In this document: positions 1 through 8,032 of the stretch, piece by piece
Numbering within the stretch: position 1 is the stretch's first letter
Layout of the letters: every line of letters begins with the position of its first letter
Source of the DNA: an uncultured Gammaproteobacteria bacterium
Lineage (GTDB): Bacteria > Pseudomonadota > Gammaproteobacteria > CAWCPV01
Length of the DNA stretch: 64,000 nt
Direction of reading: 5' to 3'
Assembly: GCA_963797555.1 (NCBI GenBank)
Contig: CAWCPV010000007.1
Span: 480,001 to 544,000, forward strand
Made by a program: the position numbers and the translations under genes
The notes under the pieces: model-generated
The model's database searches: none
Seen by the model: only the letters and a program-made list of their open reading frames with translations
Told to the model about the DNA's origin: nothing

Positions 1-17
1 CACGGCCTCTCGCTATA

Positions 18-1260
18 GGGCACCTCGAATAATTGGTTTTGGCGCCGGTCGGTCCCTCTGATCGAGTCACGGATGAGGGAATTGGGGCGAAACGAGTGGT
101 TTTTGAGGGGTTTTGGGAGGGCTCCCGTCGCCTTGCGGGCGCCGGGCGGAGGCTCCGGCGGCGATCAGGCCGGTGCCGGCATCGGACCTTTACCGCCTGA
201 GCTGACCAGGTAGCTCAGCCGGGGCATGTTGTAGACGAGATTCATGAGCCCTATCTTGGCCCTCGCACGCACCCCTCCGATGGTTCGTACGAGCTTGCCG
301 CCTTGCTCGTTGTGCTGGGAGCCGAAGACATGCTCGACGCGCACCCGGATGCTTGAGCGGCGCCGGTTGAGCGCTTGCTGGTACACGCTGAGCGCCTTGT
401 GACGGTGACCGCGACGGTGAATCCGGCTCCTGAGCCCCTTCTTACGCAGCAGCCGCTCGGTCTCCTCGGAGCGGTAGGCGCTGTCGGCCCAGACCTCGGT
501 GCTGGTGTTGGCGCGGTCGAGCAGCGGCTCGAAGACCTACCTGCGCACCCGCTTGTGGGCAGCGTCCACGCTCAGGTGGTTCTTGTACCCGTAATAGCTC
601 TTGCCATGTTTCTTGGTCCAGCGCGCCTCGGTGTCCTTTTGACGAAGCTTGGCGGGCTTGTCCTTCCAGGACTCGGGCGTCTCGCCCCGCTTGAGGGCAT
701 CGTTCTCTTCCCGGCTGTTGCGCTGCTTGGGGGCCGAGACGATGCTGGCATCGATGATCTGCCCCTTGCGGGCAATGAACCCCCGCCGCTCGAGCTGCTG
801 GTTGAAGGCCCGAAACAGCTCTTGCACGGCGTTCTCCTTCGCCAGCGCCTCGCGAAACAGCCATACGGTGGTGGCATCGGGCACCCGGTCCTCGGGCAAC
901 AGCCCCAGGAATCGGCTGAAGGAGTAACGGTCCCGAATCGGGTACTCGACGCTCTCGTCGCTCACGTTGTACAGGTGCTGCAGAACGAGCACCTTGAACA
1001 TGAGCACGGCATCGTAGGGCTTGCGCCCCGCGTTGCTCTTGCGCGGCCTGTCCCGCAAGCACTCAAGCCGGGGGCGAAAACCCTCCCAGTCGACCACCTG
1101 CCGGATGTGCACCAGGGGGGTCACCGAGCCGGCTCAGACGCTCATAGCGCTCATCGAGGTCGAAGAATCCGGGCTGGGGCATCGCTCTGTTCCTCATCGG
1201 CCACGAACTGGCGCCAGTCTACCGGGCAGCCGCCCGCCGCGCCAATTTTTCGAGGTGCCC
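18..1260 (-). mobile_element. IS5-family insertion sequence
   Basis: 19-bp terminal IRs GGGCACCTCGAATAATTGG (18-36) and CCAATTTTTCGAGGTGCCC (1242-1260), one mismatch; TATA duplicated on both sides (14-17, 1261-1264). Confidence 0.92.
165..1182 (-). pseudogene. IS5-family transposase, disrupted
   Basis: MPQPGFFDLDERY start at 1182; motifs GRKPYDAVLMFK, VPDATTVWLFRE, IIDASIV, YYGYKNHLSVD, RVRVEHVFG; frameshifts and a stop near 537. Confidence 0.85.
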
Positions 1261-1908
1261 TATAGTGGAGACGGGGCAGACGCTTACGTACTCGGACAGG
1301 CCCGAGTGCTGCAGGCCGTGCGGTCGGCCTTCATGCTTCGCTGTCGTGCTGTTCCTTCCGTTGTACGAAGCGGTAACATGGCGAGGCTGGGTCTTGGCGG
1401 CTCACGAGGCGGAGTCAGGAACATGCAAGCGGTTTGCAAAATCGCCCATCAGGAGCAATGGATTTGGGCGGAGGCACAATTTCGGGCGACACGAACGGCG
1501 GCCGCGCTCGCAGAGCTCCGACTGGAGCGACTGGTGCAGCGACGGCAGCGAGCCAGGGCTGTGCGGGACTGGCGAGCCAACTGCGCATATCGGCGAGTGA
1601 GGCCAGGAGCGCCGCCTTTCTGACCGGAGACATGGCGCGGTTCAGCAGAGCCGACGCAAGGCGATCGGCAGGCAGAGGCGCGCCGAAGGGCTGCTGAGCG
1701 CCCTCTGGCCAGAAATCGATGCCGCCCGCCGAGAAAGACATCAGCTCGAGGCCGAGGCCGCGCAGTGGGAAGAGGCTTTTTGGCACCATACCATACAGTG
1801 GTTCATGAGCGTGTGGACCATGGAGACCCGGACTGCGTTCGGGCCGGGAACCGCCGCCGGCGTGGGATGAACGCCCTTTCGCGGCTGGGAAGGCAAGGAT
1901 CACTCCGG

Positions 1909-2283
1909 ATGCCATTATCGCTGCTTATCGTCGATGACTCGCCGGTGGCACGCGCCCTTCTCAAGGGCCGGCTAAAGGCCAAGTTCGGCGCGGAGTTCTT
2001 CCAGATCTCCGAGGCTGCTGATGGCGTCGCCGCTCTCCAAGCCCTCCGCTCGCAATGGTTTGACCTCGTGCTTCTGGATCTCACGATGGGTGGCATGGAT
2101 GGTTATCAGGTCCTGGAACAGATGCGAGAGGAGCAGATGGAGGTGCTGGTTTACGTCGTCACCGCAGATGTCCAGCCTCAGGCCGAGGAGCGCGCCCGCG
2201 CTTTGGGTGCAGCGGGCCTCTTCCACAAGCCCTTTGATGTCAAGCACCTGGAAGCAGCACTGTCGCAAAGGGGGTGGGTATGA
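1909..2283 (+). CDS. CheY-like single-domain response regulator
   Basis: LLIVDDS...LLDLTMGGMDG...VTAD...KPF receiver motifs. Confidence 0.9.
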   Translation: MPLSLLIVDDSPVARALLKGRLKAKFGAEFFQISEAADGVAALQALRSQWFDLVLLDLTMGGMDGYQVLEQMREEQMEVLVYVVTADVQPQAEERARALGAAGLFHKPFDVKHLEAALSQRGWV

Positions 2284-2921
2284 GCCTCGACGTGAGCGGT
2301 GGGAGCCTTCTGACAGGGGAGCAGGTCGAAATCCTGACCGAAGCCGCGAACATCGCCATGGGCCAGGCGGGGGAGCGTCTGGCGCTGCTGCTAGGGGAGT
2401 TCGTCGAGCTGCACGTCCCGCGCGTGGAGGCCGTTACGCGGCAGCAGATCACGGATCACGTCAGCACCCTGACTGCCGACTTCAGCGAAGTAGCCGCGGT
2501 ACGTCAGGGGTTTAGCGGATCGCTGGAAGGAGAGGCCATCGCGCTGTTCAACAGCGACGCTCCGGTCACCGTGGCCGACCTGCTCGGCTACGACACCCCC
2601 CCAGACCCCGCCAAGGCGCGTGAGGCGCTGCTGGACCTCAGCAATATCATTATCGGGGCCTGCGTGAACCGCATCGTCTCGCTGATGCAGGGCCAACTGG
2701 ATTTCTCCAGACCTTCGGTGCTTGCCGAGCGGGTGCCGGTGCAGCAGCTCATCGCCTCTCTCTTCGCACCCCAGAAGCTCGCCTGGGAGGCCGTCCTGCT
2801 ATTCAAGATCCAGTTCAGGATTACATCCCGCGGCTTCAACAGCGACCTGCTGCTGCTGTTCACGGAGGCGTCCATGAATATGCTCAAGGGCCGTATGGAC
2901 GTCCTGCTTCGGAACCTTTGA
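2280..2921 (+). CDS. CheC-like phosphatase family protein
   Basis: EAANIAMGQA and LDLSNIIIGAC CheC-type repeats; ATGA overlap with the upstream gene. Confidence 0.85.
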   Translation: MSLDVSGGSLLTGEQVEILTEAANIAMGQAGERLALLLGEFVELHVPRVEAVTRQQITDHVSTLTADFSEVAAVRQGFSGSLEGEAIALFNSDAPVTVADLLGYDTPPDPAKAREALLDLSNIIIGACVNRIVSLMQGQLDFSRPSVLAERVPVQQLIASLFAPQKLAWEAVLLFKIQFRITSRGFNSDLLLLFTEASMNMLKGRMDVLLRNL

Positions 2922-2924
2922 CGG

Positions 2925-3893
2925 TTGGAACCGGACGCGGACCAGCGCCCACTCCTGGCACCCGAACTGCTGAACAGGGTGCTCGACCACGTCAGCATCG
3001 GAACGGTCTTGGTGGACCGGTTCTGGACTATCTGCCACTGGAATGACTTCATGGCCAGGCACAGCGGTCGCGGCGCGGCGGAGGTGCTGGGCAAGAACCT
3101 GTTCGCGGCCTTTCCCGAGCTGCCGAAATCGTGGCTTGAGCGTAAGCTGCGTAGCGTACTGGTGATTCGGAACTACGCGTTCACGTCCTGGCAGGAGCGG
3201 CCCTATCTGTTCCGCCTCAAGAACCTGCGGGCCATTACCGGAAACGTGGACTACATGTACCAAGACTGTAGCTTTATTCCCATCGTCGACGAGCGGGATG
3301 AGGCCGAGTACGTGCTCATCAACGTGCTTGACATGACGGACGTTTACGCCTACGAGAACAGGCTGGACGCCGTAGCGGAAACGATGACCGAACTGGAGCG
3401 GCTGAGCCACCGCGATGGCCTGACCGCCCTATACAACCGCCGCCATCTGGAGCAGAGCTTGGCGACAGAGTTCCACAGAGCAGTCGCCCAAGGCCATCCT
3501 CTTTCGTTCATCCTGGCCGACATCGACCACTTCAAGCTGTTGAACGACACCTACGGTCACATCGCAGGCGACGAGGTCTTGCGGTCAGTGGGAGCGTGCA
3601 TCGCGGGAAACGTCCGCGGCAGCGATATCGCCGCGCGTTACGGGGGGGAGGAGTTTGCCGTCGTGCTGCCCGAAACTGGACCCGATGTCGCGGGCAGAGT
3701 CGCTGAGCGGCTGCGCGGCGCGATCGCCGCTCTTTCCGTGATGTTCGAGGACCAACCCATCGCCGTCACCGCCAGCTTTGGCTTCAGTACCCAGGGCCCC
3801 GGCATGCACGGCTATACGGAGTTGGTCCAGGCTGCCGATCGCGCGCTCTATCAGTCCAAGCAAGGAGGCCGCAATCGGGCAACCTCCGCATGA
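2925..3893 (+). CDS. PAS-domain diguanylate cyclase (GGDEF)
   Basis: N-terminal PAS; DGLTALYNRR, DIDHFKLLNDTYGH, RGSD I-site and RYGGEEF. Confidence 0.92.
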   Translation: MEPDADQRPLLAPELLNRVLDHVSIGTVLVDRFWTICHWNDFMARHSGRGAAEVLGKNLFAAFPELPKSWLERKLRSVLVIRNYAFTSWQERPYLFRLKNLRAITGNVDYMYQDCSFIPIVDERDEAEYVLINVLDMTDVYAYENRLDAVAETMTELERLSHRDGLTALYNRRHLEQSLATEFHRAVAQGHPLSFILADIDHFKLLNDTYGHIAGDEVLRSVGACIAGNVRGSDIAARYGGEEFAVVLPETGPDVAGRVAERLRGAIAALSVMFEDQPIAVTASFGFSTQGPGMHGYTELVQAADRALYQSKQGGRNRATSA

Positions 3894-3943
3894 CGGCGGC
3901 GGGTCAAGGGGGACGGAATTCCACCACCGGCGGTGCGGATGGC

Positions 3944-5434
3944 TCAGAGAGCCTGCTCCAAGTGGAGCTGCCCGGGCGGCATCCCGTGGCGGGCGAGCAG
4001 AGCTTGCAGCGTGTCGAGGAAAGGCGGCGGGCCTGCAGCATACACCTCGTACTGCGCGATTTCTTCCAGCTCTGAGATGCCGGCCGCCAACGCCCCAGTC
4101 GGCTCCTGCGGCCCTTCGTCCAGGCCGAGCACACGCGGCGTGTAGTCGAAGTTGTCCAGGGCGTCGGTCCAGGCCCGGCAGCGGTTGTCCATGTAGTGGC
4201 CGCCCGGCGCGGATACCAGCCAGTACAGGTGGTAGCTCTCCGCGTTCTCGATGGAGATCGCGTTCTCGATCAGGCTCTTGATCGGCCCGAATCCCTCGTC
4301 GTAAGCAAAGAACAGGATGGGATGGGTGGTCTCTTCGTCGAGCACGAAGTTGCCATGCGGCCCGTGGGCGGTGACGGGGTGGCCTGGCTGAATGCGGCCC
4401 CCAAGAACGGCGTCGGTGAAGGGGGAGGGGGAGGAAGCGTGTCGGCGGATATGGATCTCCAGATTCCCACCATCGCAGGGGCAGCTCGCGAGCGGCAGGT
4501 CGGCGGCAGCGCCATCTTCCAGGGTGAGGGTGACGCGCTGTCCGGCCAGGAATCGCAAGCGCTGGGTCGGCGGGGTCTGTAGGCTCAGGATTGCCAGTTC
4601 GTCGCTGGGGCGCACGATTTGCCTGACCCGCGCGTAGATCGTCTGGAGCGGGATGTCCTCGCTCCGGTGTGCCTCCGCTGCCTCGATGGTGAGGTCCGTG
4701 ACTGCCGTATAGGAACACATCAGGATGTAGCCGAGGCTGTGCTCGGTCGGGCTGATCTCGTAGTCGTGATCGCGAACCTTGAGTACTTCGCCCGCGACCA
4801 CCCTCGCTTTGCACGACCCGCAACTGCCGTCCTCGCAGCCGTAGCACAGGGCCAGCCCGGCGCGCACGGCTGCATCCAGGATCGAGTCCGTCCCTTCCAC
4901 GAAGAATTCGCGGCCGCCGGGAATTACCTTCACCTGGGCGGCGAGCAGACGCAGGAAGGTGTCCCTCGCCAGGATCTGGGCTTGGCGCTTGGGAACCTTC
5001 GGGCGACGTTCCACCTCCCGTCCGAGCCATTGCGCGAGTGCCTGCACCTCGGGGCGCAGCGCGGCGTCGTCGAAGCTCTCCAGGGCGGCAAGCCGATCGC
5101 CGAGCGTCGTCACCAGGGACGAGTATGTGCCGATCTCGGACTTGGCCTCGGTAAGCTCCCGCGACAGGCGGGCCAAGCGCGTCGCGAGCACCTCCGGGGA
5201 AGGCAGCTCGGCTATCTCCTCCCTGCGTGGCATCGCGGCCGCCTTGATGCGGTTGACGCGCTCCAGCGCCGAGTCGTCCTCCAAGTGAGCCTCGGGAAAG
5301 GCGCGCAGCAGGTCGGAAACACCGACCTGGCCCTCGAAAGTCTCCAACTCGTTGTCTCGGATGCGTTTCTGTAGCTCGCCGCGGGTCACTCCCACGAGGC
5401 GCGCGGCGCGCGACAGAGTCAAGAACTCAGTCAT
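3944..5434 (-). CDS. HTH + 2Fe-2S ferredoxin + FAD/NAD reductase-like fusion protein
   Basis: N-terminal LTLSRAARLVGVTRGELQKRI helix-turn-helix; CEDGSCGSC...C ferredoxin motif; C-terminal flavin-reductase fold (GPHGNFVL, YAAGPPPF). Confidence 0.8.
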   Translation of the reverse strand: MTEFLTLSRAARLVGVTRGELQKRIRDNELETFEGQVGVSDLLRAFPEAHLEDDSALERVNRIKAAAMPRREEIAELPSPEVLATRLARLSRELTEAKSEIGTYSSLVTTLGDRLAALESFDDAALRPEVQALAQWLGREVERRPKVPKRQAQILARDTFLRLLAAQVKVIPGGREFFVEGTDSILDAAVRAGLALCYGCEDGSCGSCKARVVAGEVLKVRDHDYEISPTEHSLGYILMCSYTAVTDLTIEAAEAHRSEDIPLQTIYARVRQIVRPSDELAILSLQTPPTQRLRFLAGQRVTLTLEDGAAADLPLASCPCDGGNLEIHIRRHASSPSPFTDAVLGGRIQPGHPVTAHGPHGNFVLDEETTHPILFFAYDEGFGPIKSLIENAISIENAESYHLYWLVSAPGGHYMDNRCRAWTDALDNFDYTPRVLGLDEGPQEPTGALAAGISELEEIAQYEVYAAGPPPFLDTLQALLARHGMPPGQLHLEQAL

Positions 5435-5784
5435 GAGTCGTCCACCCGCGGGCGAATCTCCCGCCTCTCTCTTCCGACCCCAGATCGTCGTCCGAGCGGG
5501 CGAGGGGGTCAAGGGCCTGGGAGCGGCGATCGCGGCCGCGGGTCGGTCCGCCGCCGCCCGGTCCGGCACACTGCCGCGCCGATCGGGCAGTCATGGCCTG
5601 CCACCGACCTGAGGGTAGAGATCTTACAGAGAGTGGGTGCTGGGCTGCCGTGAGCTTTACGCACCTGGAGTGGCTTTGGGGTGGCGTCCCCCAGGCTTCG
5701 TCAACACGCGCGGTGGCGCCGGCGTCCCGGGTGAGCGGCGAACGCACTTTCGGGGTGGACCGTGCTCGGACCGCGGGCGGTAGA

Positions 5785-7866
5785 TTATCCCCGGAAGATG
5801 TCTACTTTTGTCTCCAGGCACTTCCGCAGACTCAAATCCTGGGCGCCGATCTCGAAACGGCTGCCGGGCTTCTGATAGAAATCCAGGCCGCGCCCGATCT
5901 TGATGCTCCAACCGTTGTCGAGGCGAATCTCGCGATCGTGCAGGTTTGGATTGAGCTGTACGTCCAACACGACGTCCAGCTCCAGCAGGCTTTGCTTGAC
6001 CTCTTCCAGCTTCTCCTGGGCATCGGCCCGTTGCTTCTTGTCGTCGTAACCGGTGACCAACTTGATGTGTTTCACGGTTCCGGCCTTGACCACGGTCTCG
6101 CAGAGACGGAGGAAGTTCTGGATCTGGTGTTGCGCCCTGATGTAGGGGTCTTCGATGGTGACCTCCGTTGCGCCTCGCAGATACGGACCGATGATCGAGT
6201 CGTAGGTGTGGCCAGTGTCCCCATATAGGATGCTGAAGTGCTGCTCCTTCAGCTCCGGCGCCATGGGTTCGGTGCCCGGAAGAGCCACGTCTACCGCCGA
6301 GAGGACTGCCGGTGTGGCAGCGCGGTCATCGAGGTTTGCGGGAACGCCGACTGGGAGCTTGCGAGGTCGCAATTCCTCTCCGATCCGTCTTCGCGTGGGA
6401 TGCAGTGTCGCTGGCGCGTGCTCGGACTCCGGACAATAGACGACGACCTCCTCGCCGCTCGCCCCGAAGTAGGATAGGCCGATCTTCGCGAACTCGTCGT
6501 CCGGCTTGCGTTTGTTCATCTGCTCCTTGACCCGCCGACGGCACTCGACCGCGTACGCCACGTACTCCTCGAATTCTTGGTCCGATGGGGCGGCAGACGG
6601 ATGCAGGATCTTCAGGAAGGCGCACACCGTCTTCTTGATGGCCTTCTCATCACGCCCCTCCACCGCCTGCCCGAGCGCGATGCGCTTGTTCACCTCCTCG
6701 TAGCGGTTGGTGTGCATGAACAGGTAGTGGAACGCCTCGGCCAGGTAGTCCGTGATGAACCCGTAGTTCCTTGTCAGAAACTCGCTGCTGTTCTTCGGCA
6801 TCTCCCACCCGGGGAGATAGCAGGCGAAGCGGTCCATGACCGCGAGATCGAACTGCGGCGGCAGCGGCTGGAACAGGTCGTATTCGGTGGAGTTGACGAC
6901 CTGCTCCACCGACAGGTCGATGTTGCCGACGAAGGCCAGGCTCGCATCGGCGATGACCTCCACTCCGCGCGAGAAGCGCCCGTTGGCCATGAAGTCCTTC
7001 ATGATCTGGACGGTGTCCGGGTCCTTCACCTTGATGCCCGCGACTTCGTCGAAGGCCACCGTGTCCCAGAACCCGACCAGCCCCACCTTGCCGCGCGCGT
7101 TGTTGTAGAACAGGGTGGCCTTGGTCGCCTGGCCGCCGCTCACCAGCGTCGAATAGGGCGAGAACTCGCTGAAGAAGTACGACTTGCCGGTGCCGCGCGG
7201 CCCCAGCTCGATGAAATTGAAGTTGGCTTCGACCAGTGGGGCGAGCCGGGCAACGAAGTGCAGCTTGACGCGGTGCGACAGCTTGCCCGGCTCGAGGCCC
7301 ACCGAGCGCAGGACGGCGTCCAGCCACTCTTCGCGCGTGAAGGCGACGCGGCCTTCGGCGTAGCGGTCGAAATCGAAGCGGGTGAGCTGAATGGGGCGCA
7401 TGTCCTCGACGTAGAAGGCGTAGTCGTCCTCCTCGATGTCGTTGTGGGCGATGGTCACCTCCGCCCAGATGCCGCCTTCCAGCAGGCGGTCGTTGTCCTG
7501 ATAGAACTTCTGCCCGACGGCGATGCGTTGGGAATTGAAATTCTCCAGCGCCGCCCAGTGCCGCTTCTCCTTCTCGACGTAGCGCACATGCACCTTGTCG
7601 ATGAAGCGGTGACGCCCCTTGGTGGCCACCCTCGACTGCGCTGCGTTCGATTCGTCCGGGCGGACGTAGTTGTCCTGCAGGGTGGCGAGGACCGCCTCCA
7701 TGCCGGCGTCGATCTCGGCCGGGTCGTTGCTGGCGCAGAACTTGGCGAGCAGGAACTCGAGCACGAAGGTGGGGACATTGGTGCCCTTCTTGATACGGTG
7801 CAGCAGGTCCTTGCGGACCACCCTCCCGTCGAACACCTCGTTCAGTTTCCTGTCCAGCGCGTCCAT
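5785..7866 (-). CDS. brxL: BREX BrxL-type AAA ATPase with C-terminal MIT_C/PLD-like domain
   Basis: [21 protein letters not shown] Walker A, VAFDEVAG Walker B, [13 protein letters not shown]; C-terminus IEDPYIR...[19 protein letters not shown]. Confidence 0.9.
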   Translation of the reverse strand: [693 protein letters not shown]

Positions 7867-7889
7867 AGTCTCCCTATACCTACATGTCA

Positions 7890-8023
7890 TTACACACAAA
7901 TCGACACCTCGCCGTCATTCCGGCATGGATTGCCGGAATCCAGCGACCAGGGACGGTCACCCCAATCACATCCCTGTGTTCTAGATTCCGCCATTCCCTG
8001 GCGGAATGACGAGATGTGTGTAA
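7890..8023. repeat. Palindromic REP-like element (GTCATTCC...GGAATGAC type)
   Basis: CGTCATTCCGGC..GCCGGAATCCAG ... CTAGATTCCGCC..GGCGGAATGACG, enclosed by TTACACACA/TGTGTGTAA; lies between pglZ and brxL. Confidence 0.75.
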
Positions 8024-8032
8024 GGAGATGCC

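Noticed and set aside
1265-1900. Coding sequence or ncRNA between IS5 and the response regulator
   Set aside because: Overlapping short ORFs without motifs and no structure I can support.
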